Part shown: positions 1 to 10,959 of the stretch, piece after piece
How the letters are laid out: every line of letters begins with the position of its first letter
Position numbering within the stretch: position 1 is the first letter of the stretch
Assembly (NCBI GenBank): GCA_963769425.1
Contig: CAVYLP010000006.1
Span: forward strand, 704,001-768,000
Reading direction: 5' to 3'
Source: Candidatus Bathyarchaeota archaeon
GTDB taxonomy: Archaea > Thermoproteota > Bathyarchaeia > TCS64
DNA length: 64,000 nucleotides
Notes under the pieces: generated by a model
Database searches by the model: none
What the model was told of the DNA's origin: nothing
Seen by the model: the letters and a program-made list of their open reading frames with translations, nothing else
Made by a program: the position numbers and the translations under genes

Positions 1-640
1 CGCGTTCGGGGCCTGGGCCGCGATAGGTGGCTCCACGAAGCCTCTGGTTAAGGGCATCGATAGGGCTGACTCTCTGGCCTTCGACCTCCATAAGTGGATG
101 TACATGCCCTTTGACGTGGCCTGCACCCTGATTCGCCGCGAGGAGGATCACTTCAAGACCTTCGCTGAGCATCCGGACTACTTCGGTAACGCCGCGACGA
201 TGAAGCTAAGGACCGACTACGGTCTCCAGGTTAGCAGGTACTTCCGAAGTCTCAAGGTCTGGATGGGCCTCAAGGAGCATGGGTTGAACAAGTACGGGCG
301 GCTGGTCCAGCAGAACTGTGACCAGGCCAAGTACTTCGAGGGGTTGGTTAGGGCGACTCCTGAACTTGAGCTACTTGCACCTGTTGCGTCTAACACGGTC
401 TGCTTCAGGTACAGGGTACCCGGGTTACCCGATGAGGCGCTCAACGAGTTGAACTCGAACATGTCCAGGATGATCATGGGGATGGGCGCCGCGATGATCT
501 CCGACACCAAACTGAAGGGGAAAGTCGCTTTGAGGGTCTGCGTGGTTAATCACCGGAGCAGACGAGAAGATTATGATCTCTTAGTTGTAAAGGTAAAAGA
601 AGCAGGGTCTATGATGCTTCAGAAGATGGGTAAAGCATGA
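1..640 (+). CDS. PLP-dependent group II (aromatic-L-amino-acid/glutamate type) decarboxylase, 5' end outside window
   Basis: Frame open from window start: AFGAW...RADSLAFDLHKWMYMPF (PLP-lysine motif), SRxFRSLKVW, LRVCVVNHR. Confidence 0.9.
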   Translation, partial: AFGAWAAIGGSTKPLVKGIDRADSLAFDLHKWMYMPFDVACTLIRREEDHFKTFAEHPDYFGNAATMKLRTDYGLQVSRYFRSLKVWMGLKEHGLNKYGRLVQQNCDQAKYFEGLVRATPELELLAPVASNTVCFRYRVPGLPDEALNELNSNMSRMIMGMGAAMISDTKLKGKVALRVCVVNHRSRREDYDLLVVKVKEAGSMMLQKMGKA

Positions 641-828
641 TCGTCAGCTTACCCCTTTTCTAGCTCGTCTAATGGTTTGTTGGAGATTCTGTGAGGTGAA
701 AATGGGCTTTTTTCAAGTCTCCCTCGCGCAAGTAGCTAGTCATATTTGAAAAAAAAATTCAAACTTCTCAATCTAGTTTATTAGGGTAATATATGTAAAC
801 TTGGCTTCCCACTGAAGAATCGGTTAGA

Positions 829-1431
829 ATGAAGTTCAACGGTGTGAACCACCTCGCACTCGTTACAGGCGATATGAACGCTACGATAAGGTTCTGGAGG
901 GATCTTCTCGGCATGAGGCTCGTTGCGGGCTTAGGTGCCCCGGGGTACAGGCATTACTTCTTTGAGCTGTCAGAGACGGATCTCGTGGCATTCTTCGAGT
1001 GGCCCGGTGTGGAACCCCTAAAGGAAAAGGAGCACGGTAGACCCGTTAAAGGGCCCTTCGGGTTTGACCACGTCTCCTTTGGCGTGGAGTCCGAGGACGA
1101 CCTCTGGACGTTGAAGGACAGGATAGCGGTCGCGGGGCTTTGGGTCTCCGAGGTGATTGACCACGGCTTCATTCATTCCATCTACGCGTATGACCCGAAT
1201 GGTATTCCGATAGAGTTCAGCCACAACGTTGAGGGGGTCAATGTTAGGAAGACTCCTGCTATGAAGGATCTAGTACCAGTTGAATACGCGGAGGAAGGTC
1301 CTGAGCCAGTTCAGGCTAAATGGCCTGAAGTTGTTGAGGCTACTCCTAGGAGCGAGAGGGTTGTTTATCCGGGGGCGGGTAGTGAACTCTACCATTTCCT
1401 CAGACATGAAGCTGAGAAGAGTAAGGATTAA
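829..1431 (+). CDS. VOC (glyoxalase/bleomycin resistance) family protein
   Basis: GVNHLALVTGDM, FDHVSF, SIYAYDPNGIPIEF. Confidence 0.9.
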   Translation: MKFNGVNHLALVTGDMNATIRFWRDLLGMRLVAGLGAPGYRHYFFELSETDLVAFFEWPGVEPLKEKEHGRPVKGPFGFDHVSFGVESEDDLWTLKDRIAVAGLWVSEVIDHGFIHSIYAYDPNGIPIEFSHNVEGVNVRKTPAMKDLVPVEYAEEGPEPVQAKWPEVVEATPRSERVVYPGAGSELYHFLRHEAEKSKD

Positions 1432-1499
1432 TCGTTTCTTTTCATGGATTTTGTGTTTATTGAACGATTTCATAAACTCGAACATGAATCATTGAGTTA

Positions 1500-2807
1500 G
1501 TGGGATCCTTGGAACGGCCTTTAGAGTATTCGATGAAGTTCGAGTCGAAGAGTCCCAATGGGGATTTATTAAGAACTGATGAGGGGAAGGTCCTACTCGA
1601 CGAACGTAATCTTACTTTAAATCCGCTTCATGGAGACTCTAACGTAATTCCATACTTTGAGATATTCCGGATAGATAATGAGGATTACAAGGTAAACCTT
1701 GACCTCGGTTTTGAACTAATCACGCTTAGCCAAATAGGATATGATTACGAAAATTTCCTGAAAAATTTGTATAAACTGCGTGGAGAACTCTTGCTACGCT
1801 ACCTGCTAATGAATGAGGGTTGTGTTGCTAAGGGTATTGATGCTCATTTTATCTACATTGACCCTAAGGGGGGGAGTCAGGAGGGTGAATGCGAGGTAAG
1901 GGTCTATGAATCCGCTGTAGTTGTCTTACCCGAGAAAGCGGATCCGATCCGTATCCCCCTTTGTTACATTAAAAATCATCAACGAGAGGACTACACTTTT
2001 TCAATATTTGCTGATGTCGATGAGAAGTTAAGATTATCCCAAATTGGGGAGAGGACGGACTTCTTCGATAGGAGCTTAACGAAAGTCCTCGCAGATGTTG
2101 CGGCCCGTTCACAAAGCCTACTTAGTAGCCTCGCGCCAAATATCAATCTCAACCTGATTATAAGGGCGGGGGGACTCATGGGTGATGGAAAGGCCGCCTC
2201 GGGTAAGGAGATCGAATCAATATCTCCTCAACTTTGGCTTTGCCTCGAGGAGAACCTGAAGCTGGTGGGTCTCACTGAGGAGTATGATTTCCTAAAAAAA
2301 CTTTCAAAGCCAGGAGTGGTGAGGATAGGCGTCAAAAGGGCGCTGATGGGGGATAAAACTGGGCAGTATGTCTGGTTCATGGCCCCCATCTACGATTCAG
2401 ATCCGGTTCAGCCTGGAAACGCTTTAGTGCTCGAGGCTGCATCAGACGAAGTCTCTGGTCGCGCTACATACGTTTTCAGAATGATGGATAGGCTTGAGTA
2501 TAGTCGCGGCGTATCTTTGACGAAACTCGAGGAAAATGTGGAAGCCTTTGTTAACCGGGTAAATCGTTGTTTAATTGAGATAAATTTCCGTCGAGAGCCC
2601 ATCTATCTACTTGATGATAAGCTTCGTGAGCCCGACAATGAGAGGTACCTCTACGCAGCTAACCGATTAGCGTCTCTTCAGCTCCTTCGTGAGAATTTCA
2701 TCGGTCGCGTATTTCACTCGTCGCCAGACAAGTGGAGAGGCGACTTGGCAGAGTTATTGAAGTTCAACGTAGAAAGTGTGAATAACGCGGATAAGTGGGG
2801 GAAATAG
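1500..2807 (+). CDS. Hypothetical protein (435 aa), first gene of a three-gene zinc-ribbon module
   Basis: Long ORF, 9 bp upstream of the next gene; no family recognised. Confidence 0.75.
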   Translation: MGSLERPLEYSMKFESKSPNGDLLRTDEGKVLLDERNLTLNPLHGDSNVIPYFEIFRIDNEDYKVNLDLGFELITLSQIGYDYENFLKNLYKLRGELLLRYLLMNEGCVAKGIDAHFIYIDPKGGSQEGECEVRVYESAVVVLPEKADPIRIPLCYIKNHQREDYTFSIFADVDEKLRLSQIGERTDFFDRSLTKVLADVAARSQSLLSSLAPNINLNLIIRAGGLMGDGKAASGKEIESISPQLWLCLEENLKLVGLTEEYDFLKKLSKPGVVRIGVKRALMGDKTGQYVWFMAPIYDSDPVQPGNALVLEAASDEVSGRATYVFRMMDRLEYSRGVSLTKLEENVEAFVNRVNRCLIEINFRREPIYLLDDKLREPDNERYLYAANRLASLQLLRENFIGRVFHSSPDKWRGDLAELLKFNVESVNNADKWGK

Positions 2808-2816
2808 TGATCCGGA

Positions 2817-3143
2817 ATGCCTGGCTACAAGCATCCCTGTCGATATTGTAATGCACTCGTTTCATCCGATGACAACGTGTGTCCAAACTGTGGCAAGGTG
2901 AACCCAACTGGTCCGCTCAGATGTCCAAAATGTAGGAACCCGATACAGGAGGGTCAGAAGTTGTGCAGTGGGTGCGGTCAGTCGCTGGAGGTTAAGTGTC
3001 CTAACTGCGGGGAGACCACCTTTTTCGGCGACTACTGCAAGTCGTGTGGAAAACGAATAACCGTAAAATGCGCTAAATGTGGTCAAGAACAACCTCCTAT
3101 AGGCAATAAATGTATTAAATGTGGGAAGCCACTCTATCGGTGA
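2817..3143 (+). CDS. Double zinc ribbon protein
   Basis: Eight CxxC pairs in 108 aa. Confidence 0.85.
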   Translation: MPGYKHPCRYCNALVSSDDNVCPNCGKVNPTGPLRCPKCRNPIQEGQKLCSGCGQSLEVKCPNCGETTFFGDYCKSCGKRITVKCAKCGQEQPPIGNKCIKCGKPLYR

Positions 3144-3148
3144 TAATT

Positions 3149-3814
3149 ATGCCTATGCAAGCTTTTACCAGAAATTATGAGGATAATAGCACTGAGGCGG
3201 GTTTCCAGTTCACCTTCTACTGCGACCTGTGCAGTGATGGATACAAGACCAAGTTCATAGAGTCGAAGAGTAACAAGAAGGCCGGATTCTTCCGCGGTTT
3301 AGGAAGGGCCGTTTCCATCGGAGCCGATATTGTGGGTCAGGGTAACTTAGGGGGCCACTTTGAAAGTGGAACCGGAATTTTGAGCGAGAGGTTCCACGGC
3401 ATGTCCCCGGAGTGGCAGAAGGAGCACGAGGAGGCATTTGGGTTGGCTCAGAACGAGGCTAAGGGGCACTTCCAGCGCTGCCCCAAGTGTCGTAAATACG
3501 TCTGTGAAACTGACTGGAATGAGCAGGATGGGCTCTGCGTCGAGTGTGCCCCACGTGAAAACGTCGAGGTCACCGCAGCTAGGGCTGGCAAGATGGTTGA
3601 AGACATTAAGAAGAAGGCGGATGAAACCACCGTTTTCACGGGGGAGGTTGAGAGAAGGCAGACCCTCTGCCCCGAGTGTGGTAAGCCGTCAGGTGGCGGA
3701 AAATTCTGCAACAACTGCGGAGCCACCCTCGCACTCGCAAAATGCCCAAAGTGCGGTGCCAAGAACGTGGCTAACACGAAGTTCTGCGGCGAGTGCGGGA
3801 CGAAGCTAAATTAG
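3149..3814 (+). CDS. Zinc-ribbon domain protein
   Basis: Likely start ATG 3149 (MPMQAFTRNY); FYCDLC, CPKCRKYVC, C-terminal double zinc ribbon (FCNNCG, FCGECG). Confidence 0.85.
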   Translation: MPMQAFTRNYEDNSTEAGFQFTFYCDLCSDGYKTKFIESKSNKKAGFFRGLGRAVSIGADIVGQGNLGGHFESGTGILSERFHGMSPEWQKEHEEAFGLAQNEAKGHFQRCPKCRKYVCETDWNEQDGLCVECAPRENVEVTAARAGKMVEDIKKKADETTVFTGEVERRQTLCPECGKPSGGGKFCNNCGATLALAKCPKCGAKNVANTKFCGECGTKLN

Positions 3815-3913
3815 TCGGTTCAAGCTTAAGCGCAACGTAATGAGAAGCTATTTTTCAGCTTTATTTGGATTCATTGTTTTAACTGCTAATCTGTTTACAT
3901 AATTAGATTCAAC

Positions 3914-5152
3914 TTGTCGACGAAGAAGGGGTTGCTAGATAGGGTCGAATCGGATAGGGAAACAATTGTCGGTTTTCTTCAAGGATTGATTGCGGCGAAG
4001 AGCCCCAACCCCCCTGGGGACACTAGAGAGGCGGCCTCGTATGTCGCCAAGTTCCTCGAGGAAAGAGGAATATCATTCAAAACGGTTGGGCCTGAAACAG
4101 AGAAGCCTAACATAGTTGCGAGTATGAATTTCAAAAAACCCGGTCGAAAACTAATCTTAAACGGACACATTGATGTCTTCCCCGTCGGAGACGGTGAAGG
4201 TTGGAAATACGATCCGTGGGGCGGCAAGCTCGTAGAAGGCCGAATCTACGGCAGGGGGGCTATCGATATGAAGGCTGGGACAACCGCCTCAATCTACACC
4301 TTCGCGCTCCTCTACGAGTTAAGAGAGGAACTATCTGGAAGCGTCACCCTCACGGTGGTGAGTGATGAAGAGTCTGGGGGTCGACTGGGTACCGGTTGGC
4401 TCGTGGAGAACCTCCCCGAGGTCAAGGGCGATTGTGTGATAAACGGGGAGCCTAGCAGCCCCTATACTCTTCGCTTCGGTGAGAAGGGGATACTCTGGCT
4501 TAGGGTCACTGTCCGTGCTCCAGGGGCTCACGGCGCATACACACATCTTAGCCCCAATCCAATCAAGATCGCGGCTAAGGTCATCTCGGATCTTGAGGAC
4601 CTGAAGGATATCCCTGTTCCGTATCCAGCGGACCTTGCAAAAGCTATAGCTGAGGGGCGTCAAGCCGCTGAGAAAGCTCTAGGTCCGGGTGGTGCTGATG
4701 TGATGTCTCGCGTCTCGGTCAACATAGGGGTGATCCACGGTGGCCTTAAGGTGAACATGATTCCGCGGGAGTGCGCATTCGAGGTCGACCTACGCCTTCC
4801 CCCAGGGTTGAGCAAGCAGGATGTTATGCCCTACGTCGAGCGGATTATCGCCCGTCACCCTGGAGCTGAGGTCGAGGAGGTCCGTTACGACGGTCCGCTA
4901 TGGAGTCCGCCCAATGGTGAGATGTCTGAGATAATTCGCGGAAACGCACGTCTCCTTGGCGTTGACCCTAAGCCGATTATCAGTCTCGGTGGCTCGGATC
5001 TGAAGTTCTGGCGTGAAATTGGTGTACCGAGTTACTATTATGGGCCGACAAACCACGGTATGGGAACTATCAATGAATATGTTGAGGTCGAAGAGTTGCT
5101 ACATATAGTGAAGGTTCATGTGCTCTCCGCGTACGAATACTTACAAAAATAG
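3914..5152 (+). CDS. M20 family ArgE/DapE-like deacylase
   Basis: LNGHIDV, GRGAIDMKAG, SDEE, GEP, GxHG motifs. Confidence 0.9.
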   Translation: MSTKKGLLDRVESDRETIVGFLQGLIAAKSPNPPGDTREAASYVAKFLEERGISFKTVGPETEKPNIVASMNFKKPGRKLILNGHIDVFPVGDGEGWKYDPWGGKLVEGRIYGRGAIDMKAGTTASIYTFALLYELREELSGSVTLTVVSDEESGGRLGTGWLVENLPEVKGDCVINGEPSSPYTLRFGEKGILWLRVTVRAPGAHGAYTHLSPNPIKIAAKVISDLEDLKDIPVPYPADLAKAIAEGRQAAEKALGPGGADVMSRVSVNIGVIHGGLKVNMIPRECAFEVDLRLPPGLSKQDVMPYVERIIARHPGAEVEEVRYDGPLWSPPNGEMSEIIRGNARLLGVDPKPIISLGGSDLKFWREIGVPSYYYGPTNHGMGTINEYVEVEELLHIVKVHVLSAYEYLQK

Positions 5153-5750
5153 CTGAATTTTTATAGTATAAACCCGAGATTATTGAAAATACTAGAGTTT
5201 AACTTATTGATTGTAAACGCTACCACTTAAGGGGAAAAAAATTAAAAAATTTTTAGAAAAACGATTTACATGCCCATTTTCCTATTTAGAGCTTAAAAAA
5301 GGGCTCCCTCGCGCGCTGTCTTGTCCATTTATCTTATAATACCGGTTTCAAATCGTCATAACCCCCTTAGCTGGCTAAGAGGATCTCCTGAACGTCCTCC
5401 CCGAGTTTATCCGCTCGTCAACCCGCTCGCTATGATTTTCCCTATAAGTGGTAACCACTAATAAGGTGTTCCGCGTGGACACCCTTCACACCGATGAATG
5501 AACACATCTAGACTGGTTTACGCCTTCGATTGAACGGCGCCCACCCACCCCCGTCTCCATTCACATCGTTCAATGAACCGCGATCCACGCCCTTCAATGA
5601 TTATTGAAGGCACACGGAATGCAACGGTTTTCAATAGATATTCAACGTTTTTCGACACGTTTCAGATGGTTCCGGCGACGCGTCCCCGACGACTACGCTA
5701 TATATACTGAATATGTGGAAGATATATGCAACGGGGTTTGGTGAGAGGAA

Positions 5751-7214
5751 CTATTGCTTTCTCTCCATTTTCCAAGTAGTGCCCTCAGCGTTATCAGCTA
5801 AGATTACTCCCAGGGCGACGAGTCTATTTCTTACATCGTCGGCACTCTTGTAATTTTTATCCTTCCTGTATTGGTTGCGGAGGTCGATTAGGGTTTTTAT
5901 AAGGTCCTCTGTCAGCTTGTCCGTTCCTCCACCCCTTTTTTCGAAGAGGCCTAGAGCGTCAAGGAGACCTCGGTAGATCATTTGTGCCCTCAGGGTTACG
6001 CCCTTGTTGGGGGTTGCTGTGAGGTACTCGTTAATGGCTCCGCTCATTGCATGGAGGGCGTCGATGGCTGTGTGGCTGTCCAGGTCGTCGTCCATCGCGT
6101 TTTCGAATGCTTCTCTGTGCTTCGCGACGTCGTCGAGGAGCTTGCGTTCGCGGGGTCCGAGGTCAAGGTTCGTGTCGGGTGCCTTCTTTGCCGCTTCGAG
6201 GAGGTCGAGGGTGTTCTCGAGTCTGTTGGCTGAGCCTTCGGCGCTCTTCATCGCGTCGTCTGTGTAGTCGAGGGGGCGGCGGTAGTGTGTGGCGAGGTAG
6301 AAGTATCTGAAGGCGTCTGGGCTGTACTTTGCCAGGACCTCTTCGAATCCTATGTAGTTGCCGAGGCTCTTGCTCATCTTTTTCCCGTTTATCATGAGGT
6401 GGCGGATGTGGACCCAGTAGCGTACGAATTGTTTCCCTGTTAGAGTCTCGCTTTGGGCGATTTCGTTGGTGTGGTGGGGGAAGACGAGGTCCTCTCCACC
6501 GGCGTGGATGTCGAGGGTATCACCTAGTAGGTCCCTTGTCATGACGCTGCACTCTATGTGCCAGCCTGGGCGTCCCTTCCCCCAGGGACTGTCCCATGCT
6601 AGTCCGGGCTCCTTTTCGCTTCTCTCGAGTTCCTCAGGTGTGCTCTTTTTCCATAGAGCGAAGTCTTGGGCTGATTCCTTGTCGTATTCGTCCTTTGACA
6701 TGCGCTCGGTTGTCTGGGCCTGGGTGAGGTCCATTCCGCTGAGGTTGCCATAGTTCGGGTACTTGTCGATGTCGAAGTATACTCCGTCCTCTGCGACGTA
6801 GGCTGCTCCTTTGTCGAGGAGTTTCTGGATGAAGGTGATCATTTGTGGGATGTACTCTGTCGCTCGTGGGTTAGCGGTGGCTCTCCGTATGTTGAGCAGG
6901 TCTAGTCCTCGAAGGAAGCTCCTCGTGTATCGCTGAGTGAATTGTCTGATGGGTTCGCCGGCCTTCGCCGAGTCGCGGATGGTCTTGTCGTCTATGTCCG
7001 TGACGTTCATGACCATAGTAACGTCTAGGCCGCGGTACTCGAGCCAGCGGCGGAGGAGGTCCGCGGAGACGAAGCTCCTGAAGTTACCAATGTGGGGGTC
7101 GCCGTAGACGGTTGGGCCACAGGCATACATCTTGACCTTCCCTGGTTCAAGCGGCTCGAAGAGGCGCTTCGAGCGGGTCATTGTGTCGTATAGATGGATA
7201 TCTGATTTGGTCAT
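5751..7214 (-). CDS. cysS: Cysteine--tRNA ligase
   Basis: [35 protein letters not shown]. Confidence 0.98.
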   Translation of the reverse strand: MTKSDIHLYDTMTRSKRLFEPLEPGKVKMYACGPTVYGDPHIGNFRSFVSADLLRRWLEYRGLDVTMVMNVTDIDDKTIRDSAKAGEPIRQFTQRYTRSFLRGLDLLNIRRATANPRATEYIPQMITFIQKLLDKGAAYVAEDGVYFDIDKYPNYGNLSGMDLTQAQTTERMSKDEYDKESAQDFALWKKSTPEELERSEKEPGLAWDSPWGKGRPGWHIECSVMTRDLLGDTLDIHAGGEDLVFPHHTNEIAQSETLTGKQFVRYWVHIRHLMINGKKMSKSLGNYIGFEEVLAKYSPDAFRYFYLATHYRRPLDYTDDAMKSAEGSANRLENTLDLLEAAKKAPDTNLDLGPRERKLLDDVAKHREAFENAMDDDLDSHTAIDALHAMSGAINEYLTATPNKGVTLRAQMIYRGLLDALGLFEKRGGGTDKLTEDLIKTLIDLRNQYRKDKNYKSADDVRNRLVALGVILADNAEGTTWKMERKQ

Positions 7215-7643
7215 ATGGTTCTCCTCCAGAATCTCGGCTCCGCTAGGTGGGTTACCATCTCTAGGCGTGGACTATCTGACACAATAGTCTCATTCTTCCC
7301 TTTCTAGCTGGTTGAGGTTGGTTGGGGGCGTTTATAAGGATTGAGGGTTTTCCCTTTGTTATCAGTGATATATTTTTACGAGAAAAAAGATCAGGACTGA
7401 AGAGAACTTTAAGCAGGTATTTTCCTTGCCCAACGAGACTATACACACACGCTTTTTCAGTGCGCCACGTTTATATGCGGCAGCCCCGGGTCTCTAGGAG
7501 AAGTGGAGTGAAATGAGGGATAGACTTCATCAGAGGCGCTCGCCTTCACGTTCAGTGAAGCCGACCTAGATTTACTCGAGCTGCTTTTAGTATATCCAGT
7601 GGGAGCTGGACTCCTCTTCTTCAACACCACGGAGATGAAATAA

Positions 7644-8621
7644 TTGACAGTAAAATTTGCTATACCTAAAGGACACCTCAGCGAGAAGACCCTAAACGTT
7701 CTCAACCGTGCCGGTTACAGCATCCACGGTGACGACAGAACATATAGGCCGAGCATCGATGACCCCGGGATCGAGATGAAAGTGCTCCGTCCTCAGGAGA
7801 TACCCATCTTCGTGGCTGAAGGAATGCAGGATGTGGGAATAAGCGGCAGGGACTGGGTACAGGAGACCCAAGCAGATGTAGAGGTGCTCCTCGATCTCGA
7901 ATATAGCCGTGTTAAGCTAGTTTTAGCCGTTCCAAAAACTAGCCCATATTCTAGTCTAGAGGATATGCTGACGGCCTACATCACGGAGGGACGCACCCTA
8001 CGGGTTTCAACCGAGTACCTAAATGCTGCAGCTGATTTTATTAAAAAATCCAAAGCCTACCAGTCGAAGTGGGGCGAAACCAATCCCATCATTGTGACTC
8101 CTTGGTGGAGGAAGGGCGAGGTCGAAGCCGTGGCCATCTACCTGAGCTTCGGGGCCACCGAGGCAAAACCCCCAGAGGACGCCGACGCAATAATGGAGGT
8201 AGTTGACACAGGAACAAGTCTGAGCCAAAACAACCTGAAGATCATCGATACAGCGATGGAGACGACTGCACTCTTCATAGCAAACAAGTCTGCTCTCAGG
8301 GACCCAGCCAAGCGGGAGAAGATCATGGACATTCTCACGCTCCTACGCGGAGCAGTGGATGCCTCAAAGAAGCTTCACATCTTCGCCAACGTGCGTCGCG
8401 AGAACCTCGACGAGTTACTCATGAAGCTACCCGCACTAAAGAAGCCGACCATCTCCCCGCTCAGCGACCCCGAGTGGGTGGACGTCAATACAATAATCGA
8501 CAAACGAGTTTTCCTCGAAATCCTGCCGAGTCTCAGGTGCCTCGCGCAGGGGCTAGTAGTCTATGAACCACGGCAGGTCCTACCCCTCGAGGAGATACAG
8601 GCGGAGAACGGGCGCACATGA
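7644..8621 (+). CDS. hisG: ATP phosphoribosyltransferase (long form)
   Basis: FAIPKG, LRPQEIP, SFGATEAKPP, C-terminal PTISPL regulatory domain. Confidence 0.95.
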   Translation: MTVKFAIPKGHLSEKTLNVLNRAGYSIHGDDRTYRPSIDDPGIEMKVLRPQEIPIFVAEGMQDVGISGRDWVQETQADVEVLLDLEYSRVKLVLAVPKTSPYSSLEDMLTAYITEGRTLRVSTEYLNAAADFIKKSKAYQSKWGETNPIIVTPWWRKGEVEAVAIYLSFGATEAKPPEDADAIMEVVDTGTSLSQNNLKIIDTAMETTALFIANKSALRDPAKREKIMDILTLLRGAVDASKKLHIFANVRRENLDELLMKLPALKKPTISPLSDPEWVDVNTIIDKRVFLEILPSLRCLAQGLVVYEPRQVLPLEEIQAENGRT

Positions 8622-9904
8622 TGAAGATAGTCACAGAGGAACCCTTGTGGCTCATGGAACGCAGGTGGCCCAACGCCTCAGCACAGAGCACGACGGTTGA
8701 AGCTGCCGTCAAGGGCATCATCGAGGACGTGCGGCGCCGAGGCGATACAGCTCTGGTCGAGTACACCGAGAAGTTTGATGGTGTCAAGCTTACACCGGCG
8801 ATGTTCAAGGTCACCCGTGAGGAAATATCGGAAGCCTACAGGCTGGTCAAGCCGGAGACCGTTGAAGCCCTCCGTAGGGCCCGTGACCGGCTCGAAGCGA
8901 ACGAGACCAAGCGTCTCAAGGGGCTTAGCTTCACAACAAACATAGACGGTGTCACCGTGCGGCACGAGCCACGTCCCCTTCGGAGGGTCGGGTGCTATGT
9001 CCCGGGGGGCAAAGCCGCGTACCCGAGCAGTCTGGTCATGAATGTGACCCCCGCCAAGGTGGCTGGAGTCGATGAGGTGATCGTGGTTACGCCGCCAGGG
9101 CGGGATGGTAAGGTGACGCCCCTCACGCTCTTAGCCGCCGATGTCTGCTGCGCGGACTCTGTCTATAAGGTGGGTGGGGCACAGGCGGTGGCTGCCCTTG
9201 CCTTCGGGACAGGCACGATTCCCCGAGTCGACAAGATCGTGGGGCCAGGAAACCAGTATGTGACTGCCGCTAAGGGTCTTGTTCAAAGGTGGGTCGCCAT
9301 CGACAAACCCGCGGGACCTACTGAGATTTTGGTGGTCGCCGACGACTCTGCGGACCCACGACTCGTAGCACTCGACCTCGTAAGCCAGGCTGAGCACGGC
9401 CCCGGAGGCGTATGCGGCGTCGTGACGGATTCCCGAGTCTTTGCGGACGCGGTGAATAGGGAGCTTGAGGCGGTGATCGCCTCTGTGCCCCGATCCGAGT
9501 ACGTTAAGCCGGTTCTCAATGAAGGTGGATTCATCTACCTTGTCTCGAGCATGGCTGAGGCCGCCGACTTTGCGGATAGGTTCGCGCCCGAACACGTCGA
9601 GGTGGCGGCGAGGGATCCGTGGGCTCTAGTGGAGCGGATACGGGGAGCCGGATTGATCCTCGTGGGCTCAAACTCCCCCGTGAGCGCCACCGACTATGCC
9701 CTCGGCGTAAACCACGTCCTCCCCACTGGGGGGTACGGGCGGATAGCAGGGGGTCTGACCGTCCTTGACTACGTCAAACCCGTGAGCATCGTCGAGGCGT
9801 CTCTCGGGGGGTTAGAAGCCGTCCGAGGTATAGTCGGCGTCCTCGCGGAGGCTGAGGGGCTCCCCAACCACGCCCGGGCCGTCGAGGGGAGGTTCAGGCG
9901 ATGA
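8618..9904 (+). CDS. hisD: Histidinol dehydrogenase
   Basis: YVPGG, KIVGPGN, AGPTE, SQAEH, APEH, NHVLPT. Confidence 0.97.
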   Translation: MMKIVTEEPLWLMERRWPNASAQSTTVEAAVKGIIEDVRRRGDTALVEYTEKFDGVKLTPAMFKVTREEISEAYRLVKPETVEALRRARDRLEANETKRLKGLSFTTNIDGVTVRHEPRPLRRVGCYVPGGKAAYPSSLVMNVTPAKVAGVDEVIVVTPPGRDGKVTPLTLLAADVCCADSVYKVGGAQAVAALAFGTGTIPRVDKIVGPGNQYVTAAKGLVQRWVAIDKPAGPTEILVVADDSADPRLVALDLVSQAEHGPGGVCGVVTDSRVFADAVNRELEAVIASVPRSEYVKPVLNEGGFIYLVSSMAEAADFADRFAPEHVEVAARDPWALVERIRGAGLILVGSNSPVSATDYALGVNHVLPTGGYGRIAGGLTVLDYVKPVSIVEASLGGLEAVRGIVGVLAEAEGLPNHARAVEGRFRR

Positions 9905-10959
9905 AGATCGAAGAGACCCTCCGAAGACTTGAAGCATTGAACGGGTACACGACGAGCGGCGAAACCCCTCGCGTCAAGCTGGACGCAAACGAGAACCTGT
10001 TCCTCCCGCGAGATGTGATGCGTGGCTATCTACGGGAGGCCGCCGAGCTCTCTGATCCCCGCCTGTATCCTGCCGATGAGGCTGATGAACTTCAAGCCGC
10101 GATAGCTAAACGGATCGGGGTAGACGCTGATCAAGTTGTTCTGGGCGGTGGAGGCGACCAACTCATAAATCTGCTAACCACTGTCCTCCTACGTCCCGGG
10201 GACGGGCTCCTCTCGGTGACCCCTACCTTCAGTATGTATCAGGTCGCCGCCTCGATCCGGGGCGTCGAGCACCAGAAGTCCCCCCTAGACCCTGACTTTA
10301 TCCTTGATCCATTGCGCCTCCTAGCCGCCGTTAAGGGGAACACGCAGATGATCGAGATCGTTAACCCCAACAACCCGATCGGCGTCCAGTTCGGCGAGGA
10401 TGCCGTCAAGAAGGTAGTTCAGGGGTTCAAGGGCCCCGTGCTTGTGGATGAAGCCTACGTTGATTACGGCAGATACAGCCTCGTCGGCTCCTGTCGGGAG
10501 ATCGAGAACTTGATGGTTCTCCGGACCTTCTCAAAGGCTTATGGGCTCGCGGGGCTCAGGCTCGGTTACCTCGTGGCTGGGTCCCGGCTAGCGTCGGCGC
10601 TCCGAGGCGTTCAGGACCCATACCCGGCGTCAGGGATCGCTTTACGGATGGGGCTAAGGATGTTGCGTGAGACCCGGATCATTGACGAAGCCGTCGGGCA
10701 GTTGAAGAAGGAGCGTGCCTGGCTCACGTCTGAACTGTCCCAAATCCCGGGAGTGGTGGTGATCCCGAGTGACTCAAGCTTCATCACGTTCAAGACCCCC
10801 CGAAACGCCGCCTCCATCAGGGAAACACTGCTGGTTAGGGGTGTAGCCGTGAGGCTCGTTAAAGAGATCCCGGGACTAGGAGATTGCCTGCGCGTCACCG
10901 TCGCACCCCGACCAATGTTGAAAGGGTTCCTTACGTGCCTAGGGGAGGCGCTGGCGTGA
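9901..10959 (+). CDS. hisC: Histidinol-phosphate aminotransferase
   Basis: KLDANEN, NPNNP, DEAY, RTFSKAYGLAGLRLG. Confidence 0.95.
   Translation: MKIEETLRRLEALNGYTTSGETPRVKLDANENLFLPRDVMRGYLREAAELSDPRLYPADEADELQAAIAKRIGVDADQVVLGGGGDQLINLLTTVLLRPGDGLLSVTPTFSMYQVAASIRGVEHQKSPLDPDFILDPLRLLAAVKGNTQMIEIVNPNNPIGVQFGEDAVKKVVQGFKGPVLVDEAYVDYGRYSLVGSCREIENLMVLRTFSKAYGLAGLRLGYLVAGSRLASALRGVQDPYPASGIALRMGLRMLRETRIIDEAVGQLKKERAWLTSELSQIPGVVVIPSDSSFITFKTPRNAASIRETLLVRGVAVRLVKEIPGLGDCLRVTVAPRPMLKGFLTCLGEALA

Noticed and set aside
697-5316. Shared short motifs (CTCCCTCGCGC near 719 and 5304; GAAAATGGGC near 699 vs GCCCATTTTC at 5272) as element ends
   Set aside because: Only 10-11 bp, inconsistent orientation, no transposase or target-site duplication
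7457-7643. His-rich attenuator leader peptide before hisG
   Set aside because: No ORF with a run of His codons and no clear terminator/antiterminator pair
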